Part shown: positions 1 through 7,843 of the stretch, piece by piece | How the letters are laid out: each line of letters starts with the position of its first letter | Position numbering within the stretch: position 1 is the stretch's first letter | DNA from: Verrucomicrobia bacterium UBA3869 | GTDB lineage: Bacteria; Verrucomicrobiota; Verrucomicrobiia; Opitutales; UBA9783 | Assembly: GCA_002392285.1 (NCBI GenBank) | Contig: DGGR01000046.1 | Location: forward strand, 1 to 15,736 | DNA length: 15,736 nucleotides | Direction of reading: 5' to 3' | Program-made: the position numbers and the translations under genes | The notes under the pieces: generated by a model | What the model was told of the DNA's origin: nothing | The model's input: the letters and a program-made list of their open reading frames with translations, nothing else | Database searches by the model: none

Positions 1-97
1 GCTGCGGGTAGTTCTTTTGGTAAAAGTATAATGGTAAAAGGCACGCCGCTAAAATGCCTACCCCTAACGATTCTATCCAAAAACGAAAAAGCTTCAT
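1..97 (-). CDS. Partial CDS (5' end only), hypothetical membrane or secreted protein; runs off the left edge
   Basis: A minus-strand ATG at 97..95 opens a stop-free frame to position 1. It reads MKLFRFWIESLGVGILAACLLPLYFYQKNYPQ, a hydrophobic signal-anchor-like N-terminus. Only about 32 codons are visible, and a second ATG (101..99, different frame) is also open, so support is weak. Confidence 0.25.
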   Translation of the reverse strand, partial: MKLFRFWIESLGVGILAACLLPLYFYQKNYPQ

Positions 98-163
98 GCA
101 TTGATTATGAAGCAAGCACGATGCGCAATGCAAGAACTTTAACGCTTGGAAAATTGAAAGCGC

Positions 164-670
164 TTACGTGCGCCGGGAGGTGAAAAAGGTTAGAAGTAAT
201 TTTTCGCACAAGCCATCGAGGGATTCTAACTGAATGGAAACCGTATGGTTTAGGTGAACGTGTTGATTAAAGTCGAGTCTACCTCCTAAGCACCCTTGTT
301 GGTTATCGAATACTCCCAATATTACCATAGGGATGCGGGCTTTGTAAATGGCGCCGCTGCACATAGGGCAGGGTTCTTTGGTGACATACAATGTAATATC
401 GGTGAGCCGCCAATTGTTTCTTTGTTGAGAAAGCGTGCGCAGGATGTTAAGCTCAGCGTGTTGAGTAGCGTCGTGGTTGGTTTCAACTAAATTGTGGGAT
501 CGGGCTACTATTTTACCATTAGATACCGCTATACATCCAATGGGGATTTCGCCGCTCTTCCATGCTTTTAAGGCTTCATTGAAGGCGCACTGCATGAAAT
601 AACAATGGGGGTTGTCCAGAGAAAGTGTTTCATCAAAGGGGGCAAAAGGGCAGGGCGGAATGGAGACCAT
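164..670 (-). CDS. tadA: tRNA-specific adenosine deaminase (TadA, CDA-fold zinc deaminase)
   Basis: 168-aa ORF with the cytidine/deoxycytidylate deaminase zinc motifs H-A-E (ATQHAELNIL) and P-C-x-x-C (KEPCPMCSGAI). The N-terminal ALKAWKSGEIPIGCIAV helix-strand pattern and the C-terminal LLTFFTSRR tail are typical of TadA. The size is also typical. Confidence 0.85.
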   Translation of the reverse strand: MVSIPPCPFAPFDETLSLDNPHCYFMQCAFNEALKAWKSGEIPIGCIAVSNGKIVARSHNLVETNHDATQHAELNILRTLSQQRNNWRLTDITLYVTKEPCPMCSGAIYKARIPMVILGVFDNQQGCLGGRLDFNQHVHLNHTVSIQLESLDGLCEKLLLTFFTSRRT

Positions 671-732
671 GAGACGATTTTCAGCCTTTTATATTATTAA
701 AAGCTTGTCAATGGTGCTTTTTTAAAACGTTT

Positions 733-1926
733 ATGAATTTAATGAGCTACCGATGGATTACTCTATTGATAGTAGTGCTGATTGAAGGGCTCAGTGGGTT
801 GGGCCGAAGTGCTTCTTTTAGTCCATTTTTAAAGGATATTGTAGCGGATTTATCCGTAACCATGGTTCAAATTAGTTTTGCCTATGGTATTGCTAATTTG
901 TGCTCAGGTATCGCATTACCCTATATCGGGAAGGTTTACGATCGGTGTTCAGTGACCGGTTTTTTGCGCGTTTTTATTGTTGGATTTGGTGGTGCGTTTA
1001 TGACCTTAGGGTTGCTTGCTTACATTAAACCTTCGCCTTTGTTCAGCATCCTCCTCATGACCGGTGCGTTTATTGTTATTCGCATGGGAGTACAAACCTA
1101 TATGTTAACGGTACGGTGCATGGTAGGAGCTTGGTTTGTGAATCGCAGGGGATTTGCCACTGGGATTACTACATTTTTGTTGGCATCGATTGCTTCGCTT
1201 ATGCCGTGGCTCAGTGTTCAAGTGCATAAGCACGTCATTTGGTATCATTTTTGGTTGATTTTTGGCATCTGTTGGGTCGTGTGTATGTCCTGCTTGGTAA
1301 AATGGGTGCGTAAACCCGATACTCCATTACCCAAGAAAGTGATTCAGTCGGTCAGTACCGATCGTGTTTTTTTAACAAAACCAGCGTTTTGGATTATTGT
1401 AACAGCTCTTTTTTTTAAGGCGTTTCAAAACACAGGATTTGCGTTCCATTTGGTTCCTATTTGTCAAGAATATGGGACTTCAAAGGAGCAGGTAACGCGT
1501 ATGTTGGCATTAACGCCCCTGTTTACCATTACAACGGTATTTGTTATGGAGCGATTTCGTCGTGCTCCGGCGGTAGCCCTTTTCTTATTAGTGGATTTAG
1601 CGTTATTAACAATAATTCCTTATATTACCCACTCCTACGGAATCGTTTTATTTGGGGTATTGTGCGGTATTTATTGGGGAATACGGCAAATCATTGCTTA
1701 TATCGTGATTCCCAAATTGTTCGGGGTGCAATGCATTGGCGCAGTCAATGGATGGATATCTGCTTCTGTTTGTTTAGGAAGCGCAACAGGGCCGTATTTT
1801 ATGGCGCAAATCCATGCGGTTCATTCTTACCATTTAGCCATAGTGACCCTACAAGTCATTTCTATTGTCTTGTTATTCATTTGGATCCTATTTAGGCGTT
1901 GTTTCGATGAACAAAAAGCTAACTAA
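733..1926 (+). CDS. Major facilitator superfamily (MFS) transporter, substrate unknown
   Basis: 397-aa ORF that is almost entirely hydrophobic, with about 11-12 predicted TM segments. An MFS motif-A-like loop, G-K-V-Y-D-R, follows TM2 (PYIGKVYDRCSV), and a central cytoplasmic loop (VRKPDTPLPKKVIQSVSTDRVF) splits two 6-TM halves. It is divergent from tadA across a 62-bp AT-rich spacer. Confidence 0.65.
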   Translation: MNLMSYRWITLLIVVLIEGLSGLGRSASFSPFLKDIVADLSVTMVQISFAYGIANLCSGIALPYIGKVYDRCSVTGFLRVFIVGFGGAFMTLGLLAYIKPSPLFSILLMTGAFIVIRMGVQTYMLTVRCMVGAWFVNRRGFATGITTFLLASIASLMPWLSVQVHKHVIWYHFWLIFGICWVVCMSCLVKWVRKPDTPLPKKVIQSVSTDRVFLTKPAFWIIVTALFFKAFQNTGFAFHLVPICQEYGTSKEQVTRMLALTPLFTITTVFVMERFRRAPAVALFLLVDLALLTIIPYITHSYGIVLFGVLCGIYWGIRQIIAYIVIPKLFGVQCIGAVNGWISASVCLGSATGPYFMAQIHAVHSYHLAIVTLQVISIVLLFIWILFRRCFDEQKAN

Positions 1927-1978
1927 GCTTGGCATTTTATTTTAAAAATGTTTATCGTTTACTTGTTTTCCATGGATT

Positions 1979-1984
1979 GGAGGA
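1979..1984 (+). promoter_or_regulatory. Shine-Dalgarno sequence (GGAGGA) for the secretin gene
   Basis: GGAGGA lies 4 nt upstream of the ATG at 1989. This supports ATG-1989 over the TTG at 1929 given by the ORF track. Confidence 0.6.
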
Positions 1985-1988
1985 TATA

Positions 1989-3845
1989 ATGGGCGTAACA
2001 GTCTTAATAAAGCATCTTTTATGGGTAAGTCTTTTATTATCCTTTTGTCCCTATTCATTTGCTCGTTCGACCCATGCGAGGCTTCGCGGTAGCCATCCAA
2101 CGCGCACCTGGATTCAATTACCGGATGCGCCACCCAATGAACCCAGTGGGTTAAAGCGAGAACCCTCAGCGTCGGGTAATGCTATTGAGGGTTGCGACCA
2201 TGCTTCCGAAGAAGACCTATCTCAAGGGTTAGCTCAACAGGCGCCTGGGGACTCAGGGGGGCAAGATCCCGTTCGTCATCGTACGCATGAGCAACTATTG
2301 AAGCAGCTCAACACTCATTGGGAGCTTCCGACAGCGCAGGTGAAGGAATCAACCACGCGGGTATTGTTGGCTCAAGAGTCGGAGCAACCCTCGGAGTTGG
2401 AATCAACCTTAAAATCGATCATTATTCCGCAGCTGGCGATTGAAAATTTATCGTTTTTAGAGACCTTAAGTATTCTTCAGCAAACCGTGCGAGGATGTAC
2501 GAAGGAGGATCAGCCTATTAATTTTGTGCTGTTGGATCCAGAGCATCGAGCGCCTGCTATTTGTCTTAATCTGCAATCCGTACCGTTGGATCGTGTCATC
2601 TATTACCTGAGCGAAATGACGCAATTTACGCCTGTTTACGAAGGAAATACCTTGGTTTTTCGAGACAGTAAATTGAAGCCGTCGTTAGAAACGAGCGTTT
2701 TCCGACTTCCGCGAGGCAATGTGCTGCATATTTTGAATTATGGTACTTCAGATGAATCGTTATCGGAAGAGGAGCGCTTAAAGCATTTTTTTGAAAAAAT
2801 CGGCATTACCTTTAATACCGAAGGGACAGGGTTTGCGTACGATGGGCAGCAGATTATTGTTACGCACGAGCGCCCACAATTAAAACGTATTGCGGCTATT
2901 ATCGAACGTTACCGTCAATGCAAACAGGTATCGATTGAGGCGAAATTCTTGGAGGTTCAGCAAGGAGTATTGGAAGAATTGGGCGTTAAATGGAATTTAG
3001 GGGGACAGGGAGCTCAAGCGAATCAGTTCCAGATGAATTCGGTTGGTACCCTACGCAATGTATCGAATGGGTATACGTCTAGTGGTTCCAGTTCGCCGAA
3101 TGCGCCAACCATCCCAGGGCGTGTGCTTTCTCAAAGTAGCGTTGGGGATTTTTTAAGCGCGCATGCGATTGTGGATCATTTTCGCATGAATGTGCTGCTG
3201 CGAGCGATTGAACAGCGTACGGATTCGGATTTAATGAGCGCTCCTAAAATTACCGTGTTGTCTGGTCGTAAGGCTACCATTGTGGTGGCGCAAGAGCTAC
3301 GTTATCCTGAAAACTACCGCGATTCCCAATCCAATGTGGGAGGTAAGCGCTATAATAATACGTCATCTGCCGGTTCAGTGTTGCTTTCAGGGGTTCCTGA
3401 GAAATTTGTAACCCGTAATGTAGGAGTGGAAATGTCGGTGATTCCAGTTGTAGAAGAGGATGGGCAAGTACACTTAACATTGGAACCAACCGTCACCGAG
3501 TTCGATGGGTTTATTCAGTACGGTGGGCAAAATGTAATCACCAATGAGAACAGTATGCAGGCGTTTGATTCTGGCTTTTATCAACCGGTGTTTTCGACGC
3601 GTAAGATGAAAACGGAAGTATTGTTGAAAAGCGGTTCAACCTTGGTTATGGGTGGGTTAACGCGCGAAGAGGTTACGGAGACTTCCGACAAAGTGCCTTT
3701 GTTAGGCAGCGTGCCGCTTTTAGGAAATTTATTCAAATCCAAGGGGCAGTTATTTAAAAAGAAGAATTTATTGATTTTTGTAACTGCAACCTTGGTGGAT
3801 GAAAATGGGATGTCGAATACGGCCGAGCGTTCGCAATCAAAATAA
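1989..3845 (+). CDS. Outer-membrane secretin (type II/III secretion system secretin family; T2SS/T4P-like, short N-domain architecture)
   Basis: From ATG-1989 the product begins MGVTVLIKHLLWVSLLLSFCPYSFA, a classic signal peptide. The C-terminal half has secretin-domain hallmarks: IEAKFLEVQQGVLEELGVKWN, SAPKITVLSGRKATIVVAQE, TLVMGGL and the terminal VPLLGSVPLLGNLFKSK....LLIFVTATLV. Two N-domain-like modules precede it (IIIPQLAIENLSFLETLSILQ...INFVLL and FRLPRGNV...IIVTHERPQLKRIAAIIERY). The start was moved from the TTG at 1929 because of the SD and signal peptide. Confidence 0.85.
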   Translation: MGVTVLIKHLLWVSLLLSFCPYSFARSTHARLRGSHPTRTWIQLPDAPPNEPSGLKREPSASGNAIEGCDHASEEDLSQGLAQQAPGDSGGQDPVRHRTHEQLLKQLNTHWELPTAQVKESTTRVLLAQESEQPSELESTLKSIIIPQLAIENLSFLETLSILQQTVRGCTKEDQPINFVLLDPEHRAPAICLNLQSVPLDRVIYYLSEMTQFTPVYEGNTLVFRDSKLKPSLETSVFRLPRGNVLHILNYGTSDESLSEEERLKHFFEKIGITFNTEGTGFAYDGQQIIVTHERPQLKRIAAIIERYRQCKQVSIEAKFLEVQQGVLEELGVKWNLGGQGAQANQFQMNSVGTLRNVSNGYTSSGSSSPNAPTIPGRVLSQSSVGDFLSAHAIVDHFRMNVLLRAIEQRTDSDLMSAPKITVLSGRKATIVVAQELRYPENYRDSQSNVGGKRYNNTSSAGSVLLSGVPEKFVTRNVGVEMSVIPVVEEDGQVHLTLEPTVTEFDGFIQYGGQNVITNENSMQAFDSGFYQPVFSTRKMKTEVLLKSGSTLVMGGLTREEVTETSDKVPLLGSVPLLGNLFKSKGQLFKKKNLLIFVTATLVDENGMSNTAERSQSK

Positions 3846-5199
3846 GCTGAAACATCAGGGAAGTTTGGTCTTAGCGCTCATGATTGTTATGGCGCTGGGA
3901 AGCATCATTCCTTTAGCAGCCTTGGTGAGTACGCATCAATACCAGAGGATTCATTATCAACAACGTTCGCAGTTAGCGCGTTTACAGGTAAAAGAAACGG
4001 CGCATGAGGTATGGAGGCGTTTGAGGCAATGGGGAACCGATCATGCGCTAGCGTTGGCGTGCAAAGACGGACACTGGTGTTTTTACGATACCCACCAGGA
4101 AGAAATCCGAGAGCTGGGCACATTGGATGATGAGTTTGCTAGGGGCGCAGTTGTGGTAAAACCGCTCTTATCACCTACGCCGATCCCATTAAGCTGCTTT
4201 CAGTCAGATGGATTGCGTCCATCGCTAACAGAAGCGATTCAAAAAGGTTTTCCGTGCTTTACAAACCAACAACAGGATTTGATACGCCAAAAATGGCTCG
4301 CATTAACAACCGAAGATGTTTTGCCAGCCGATTTATTTCTCCCAATCTTATCCGAATGTTACCTAACCGATTTTACCGTATGGAATCCTTATGATCGTCC
4401 CATCAAAGGCCTTGTGTCGGCAACCTTAGCGTTTAATACGGCCGTTGATGCCGATGGTATGCTATATCCTTCTGGAACAGAGGATCTTACCTTGCCTATT
4501 GAGCTAGCAGCGGGTGCATCGATTATGGAAGAAGTGATGGATAATAGGCAATTATTGCGCGTTGAGCTTCGGGATGTTTATAACAACAGTTTTGATTTAG
4601 AGGCTCTGCTGTATTTGCTGACTTATGATGACGGAAGCGATTTGTTTCATCAATATGAAGCCTTCGGGGAAGCTACTTCTATCCACGATACGATTGCTCA
4701 TACAACCCAAAACTGGGTACAGCGCTTAAATGCGTGCTGTTTTTTCGACCCCAAACGGCCTTATGCTAAGATCGGGCATGCTGAAGAATGCGAATTGAAT
4801 GCGTTTGTTTGGAATGAGACGGTGGCAAATCCTGATGCACTGCCGTTCTTTATCAATGGCGATTCCGAACAGCTTTATCAACAATTACAGCGGTTGTTAG
4901 GTGATCAGGTAAGTGCCGATAGGCTACAGGCAGCTGTAGGAGAATTGATGATTCATCAACCGTATCCTAATGGTTACGCATTTATCCAACAGGTGAGTGC
5001 TTTGCCTACCCTCAAACCCTTTCTGCATGTATTTGAAGCATTAACCGCGCGCTGTGAACTTTTCCAGATTGAATCGATGAAAACAGTAGGGGATCGACAA
5101 TACAGTTATACGCTGGTGGTTCAACGGGATCCGGTAAACCTGACGTGGTCCATTGTATCCAAAAACTTTTGTGAACGACCAGTGGATGCCAAGAATTAA
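3799..5199 (+). CDS. GspK/PulK-like minor pseudopilin-like protein (tentative); otherwise hypothetical
   Basis: 466-aa ORF overlapping the secretin 3' end by 47 nt. ATG 3805 is an alternative start with GGTGGA upstream.

The N-terminus is KHQG-SLVLALMIVMALGSIIPLAAL, a basic stretch, a Gly and a hydrophobic helix with no Glu at +5. That pattern is characteristic of GspK.

Degenerate motifs occur where GspK carries (I/V)N(V/L)NTA-type motifs (LAFNTAVDADG; FINGDSEQLYQQLQRLLG...). A GspK-like C-terminal strand pattern (ELFQIESMKTVGDRQYSYTLVVQRD) is also present.

This is recognition from memory only. The protein is larger than typical GspK (about 330 aa). Confidence 0.4.
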   Translation: MKMGCRIRPSVRNQNKLKHQGSLVLALMIVMALGSIIPLAALVSTHQYQRIHYQQRSQLARLQVKETAHEVWRRLRQWGTDHALALACKDGHWCFYDTHQEEIRELGTLDDEFARGAVVVKPLLSPTPIPLSCFQSDGLRPSLTEAIQKGFPCFTNQQQDLIRQKWLALTTEDVLPADLFLPILSECYLTDFTVWNPYDRPIKGLVSATLAFNTAVDADGMLYPSGTEDLTLPIELAAGASIMEEVMDNRQLLRVELRDVYNNSFDLEALLYLLTYDDGSDLFHQYEAFGEATSIHDTIAHTTQNWVQRLNACCFFDPKRPYAKIGHAEECELNAFVWNETVANPDALPFFINGDSEQLYQQLQRLLGDQVSADRLQAAVGELMIHQPYPNGYAFIQQVSALPTLKPFLHVFEALTARCELFQIESMKTVGDRQYSYTLVVQRDPVNLTWSIVSKNFCERPVDAKN

Positions 5200-5205
5200 A
5201 CGGTT

Positions 5206-6537
5206 TTATTGAAAAACATAGGTGTTGAAATCGGCGGTTTTATGAGCTTTATTGTGCTCTGCTGTTCCCCAACGCCAAGAGAATGGATGTAGCACGAAAA
5301 AAGCCTTACCGATAACGGATTTTTCAGGTACGCCTCCCCAATAACGGCTGTCATAGCTAAAGGGAGAATTATCCCCAAGGGCAAATAACTCATGTGGTTT
5401 AACTGTGATGCTTTGGCCTTCGCCCATGGTAGCTTTTGCGCAGTATCCGGGATATAATCCTTGCCGCTGATTGTTGTTATCGAACGCTAGGCTGCCGGTA
5501 ATCAGTTGATGATTGCGGTACAAACGGTGACCCTTAATACAAACTTGATCGCCTGGTTTACCCACTAAACGCTTGATGTAGTAGGTGTCGGCTTCAAGCA
5601 TGGGAATGTATTGGGTGCGAAATATAATCGCATCGCCGATTTTGGGGCGTGTGAAATGATAAGAAAATCGGTTAACGAATACCATATCGCCCAACAGGAT
5701 ATCAAAATGCAAAAACGGATGACCTTTTTTAACCGAATATTGGGTATCCAAACAGATACCCTTACGCTCATCCAGCCTCAAAAGTTCTTCGTGGTTAAGC
5801 AAAACGTCTGAAAAATTTTCTTCTTTCGGGAAGAATTTTTTTCGCAACAACGCTTCCATATCCGAGAACTCATAAGGTACACGGATGCGTATCTTTTGGT
5901 CATTAACCCATAACCAATAGACTTTGTAGGCTTTGGGGAAAAAGTGTTTCAGCCAAAATGACCCTATCTCGCGCCCCTTTTCTACTTCGTAACGGACATA
6001 GGAATGATAGCGCAGGATTTCATCTTGTGAAAACAGAGGAATTTGCACCGTACCATTGGCCGGAGCTACATAATGATGGTTTTCAGCACCGCTCCATAAC
6101 CACCGCAGGGGTTTGGTGAAAAATAACGGTTTTGGGTCGGTGTCTGCATGTAGTTGCGTGAGCATTCCGGAGAACGATGGGAACATCGAACAGGTTGGAA
6201 TGCGAAACGGTTGCAGGAAAAATGTGCGTACCGATAAGGCAATAATACTGGCGACAAATAATGCTTCTGCATTGTTGCTCCAGAAACTACCAGGGTAAAA
6301 AGGATGCCCTAATAGCTTCAGTTGATCTTCGGCCTGCCGTAGGACATTTAAAAAGGTAGTATCTTGCGAATAAGCAGGACTCCACGACCGGCGGAAGTGG
6401 AGTAGGGTATTTAGCGTTTCGTTTAACTGCTGACGTTGGTCCTCCGTTAATCGGTCGCGCTTAAAACGCTCAACCTTTTTACAGCCATGAATCGCTTGGA
6501 TGAGCGCGCGCTTAAGTGATTTTTCTTCCCGAGCCAT
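5206..6537 (-). CDS. lepB: Signal peptidase I (LepB) with extended N-terminus and an internal insertion
   Basis: 443-aa ORF. Box B holds the catalytic Ser (IPTCSMFPSFSG). Box C is GDMVFVNRF. Box D holds the catalytic Lys (YYIKRLVGKPGDQV). Box E is GDNSPFSYDSRYWG. A single TM (ALFVASIIALSV) follows an ~85-aa charged N-terminal region. Confidence 0.9.
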   Translation of the reverse strand: MAREEKSLKRALIQAIHGCKKVERFKRDRLTEDQRQQLNETLNTLLHFRRSWSPAYSQDTTFLNVLRQAEDQLKLLGHPFYPGSFWSNNAEALFVASIIALSVRTFFLQPFRIPTCSMFPSFSGMLTQLHADTDPKPLFFTKPLRWLWSGAENHHYVAPANGTVQIPLFSQDEILRYHSYVRYEVEKGREIGSFWLKHFFPKAYKVYWLWVNDQKIRIRVPYEFSDMEALLRKKFFPKEENFSDVLLNHEELLRLDERKGICLDTQYSVKKGHPFLHFDILLGDMVFVNRFSYHFTRPKIGDAIIFRTQYIPMLEADTYYIKRLVGKPGDQVCIKGHRLYRNHQLITGSLAFDNNNQRQGLYPGYCAKATMGEGQSITVKPHELFALGDNSPFSYDSRYWGGVPEKSVIGKAFFVLHPFSWRWGTAEHNKAHKTADFNTYVFQ

Positions 6538-6545
6538 CAGAATAA

Positions 6546-7169
6546 TTAGCAGGCACCTAAGAATTTAGTGAGCCCGACGATACCAGCTATAATCATCTGA
6601 ATGCCTAACGTTAAAACAAGCAGGCCGCATAATTTAGAGCAAATGGTGATAATCGAAGGTTTGAGCCATCGTGAAAAAAAGCAAGCGATGTAGAACAAGG
6701 CGTAAAAGGTGATCATAATGAGCACCGCTGCTACATACACCAGAAATGTTTCCCAACTGGTTGTGGTTTCGGATTTGTAGATAATAACCGCCGATATAGC
6801 TCCTGGTCCGGTAATAATGGGGAACGCTAGGGGCGTGAGAGCAATATCATCTTGTTCATGATTCTCATTGGATATATCTTTCTGTTTGGGATAGAGTAAG
6901 CTTAAGGCGATGATGGATAAAACCAATCCACCCGAAATACGGAATGCGTTCAGTTCCACCCCGATTAATTCCAAAATATGGAAGCCAAAGAAAAGGGCAC
7001 CGAATAGGATGAAGGATGCAAAGAGCATACCTTTTTTTGCAATAACCCATCTCTGAGCAGCATCATCCGATGGACGCAATGGAATGTAGATTGCAACGGC
7101 TACAATCGGTGAACACGCAATAAAAATTTTGAAGTATGTTGCAAATAAAAACGATAAACTCTGACTCAT
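6546..7169 (-). CDS. MarC family (UPF0056) integral membrane protein, copy 1
   Basis: 207-aa polytopic membrane protein with family-typical segments: NAFRISGGLVL, LTPLAFPIITGPGAIS, and a C-terminal SKLCGLLVLTLGIQMI. Its stop is 8 nt upstream of the lepB start on the same strand. Confidence 0.8.
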   Translation of the reverse strand: MSQSLSFLFATYFKIFIACSPIVAVAIYIPLRPSDDAAQRWVIAKKGMLFASFILFGALFFGFHILELIGVELNAFRISGGLVLSIIALSLLYPKQKDISNENHEQDDIALTPLAFPIITGPGAISAVIIYKSETTTSWETFLVYVAAVLIMITFYALFYIACFFSRWLKPSIITICSKLCGLLVLTLGIQMIIAGIVGLTKFLGAC

Positions 7170-7231
7170 GGTTTAAAACTTTCTCTTTTTATTGTTACAT
7201 CAATACCCTGTGGACTGCAACCTATAGTTCT

Positions 7232-7843
7232 TTAACAAGAGGCCAAGAACTGGGTAAGTCCAATAATACCGACGGTGATCATTTGAACAGAAATGGTAAG
7301 CAACAGCAACCCGAATAATTTAGAGCAGATCGCAAGGATACCCGGCTTAAGCCATTTGGATGAAAAACAAGCGATGTAAAACAGAACATAATAGGTTGCC
7401 ATAATGAGCGCGCTCGATACGTATACCATACAATGTTCTAAGGTAGTAACCGCATCGGATTGGCAGATGATGATAGCCGATAAAGCACCTGGGCCGGCGA
7501 TGATTGGAAAGGCTAGGGGCGTGAGGGTAATATCGTCACTGGTAAGTTGAGCGGTGGGTTTGTTGGGTTTTGGATAAAGCATACCGATGGCAATAATCAA
7601 CAGGATTAATCCACCGGAAATGCGGAATGCATTTAGGTCGATCTGCAGTAAATTTAACATACGAATGCCGCAGATAAGAACTCCTAGTATAATGCAAGAC
7701 GCAAACAACATTCCTTTTTTAGCAAGAGCCCAACGTTGTTCTGGTGTGTCCGATGGCCGTAAATTTAAATAGAGTACCACGAACGGAAGAGGTGATGTGG
7801 CTGCAAACATTTTTATGTAAGTGATGAGTAAAAAATGAAGCAT
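7232..7843 (-). CDS. MarC family (UPF0056) integral membrane protein, copy 2 (tandem paralogue)
   Basis: Colinear with copy 1 at roughly 55-60% identity by eye (NAFRISGGLIL, LTPLAFPIIAGPGALS, SKLFGLLLLTISVQMI). I placed the start at ATG 7843 (MLHFLLITYIKMF) because it aligns with the copy-1 N-terminus and has GGAG just upstream. The longest ORF starts at 7873. Confidence 0.8.
   Translation of the reverse strand: MLHFLLITYIKMFAATSPLPFVVLYLNLRPSDTPEQRWALAKKGMLFASCIILGVLICGIRMLNLLQIDLNAFRISGGLILLIIAIGMLYPKPNKPTAQLTSDDITLTPLAFPIIAGPGALSAIIICQSDAVTTLEHCMVYVSSALIMATYYVLFYIACFSSKWLKPGILAICSKLFGLLLLTISVQMITVGIIGLTQFLASC

Noticed and set aside
98-163. Possible terminator or small RNA downstream of tadA
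   Set aside because: Only 4-bp complementary stretches are present (cgct/agcg) with no T-tract. This is not enough for a terminator or ncRNA call.
1929-1988. N-terminal extension of the secretin ORF from a TTG start (MAFYFKNVYRLLVFHGLEDI)
   Set aside because: ATG-1989 has a GGAGGA SD 4 nt upstream and starts a textbook signal peptide. The TTG extension begins 2 nt after the MFS stop and would bury the signal peptide.
1985-1990. Perfect TATAAT hexamer that looks like a -10 box
   Set aside because: It overlaps the secretin start codon itself and lies downstream of the SD, so it cannot serve that gene. I treat it as a coincidence in AT-rich sequence.
1989-3845. Calling the secretin the injectisome secretin SctC
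   Set aside because: It is translationally coupled to a pseudopilin/GspK-like gene, has a short two-module N-region, and is separated from sctD by an opposite-strand operon. Loci with I-J-K-L-N-O-P order typically place sctC after sctU, downstream of this window. This is not excluded, so it is also listed as a finding to test.
296-6298. Alternative-frame and antisense ORFs in the left and centre blocks: 296-490, 1461-1895, 1942-2133, 3274-3489, 3905-4123, 5196-5393, 5565-5771, 5611-5811, 6066-6272, 6113-6298
   Set aside because: Each lies wholly inside, or antisense to, a much longer ORF with clear family motifs (tadA, MFS, secretin, GspK-like, lepB). Their translations are compositionally odd (Cys/Arg/Trp-rich) with no recognisable motifs.
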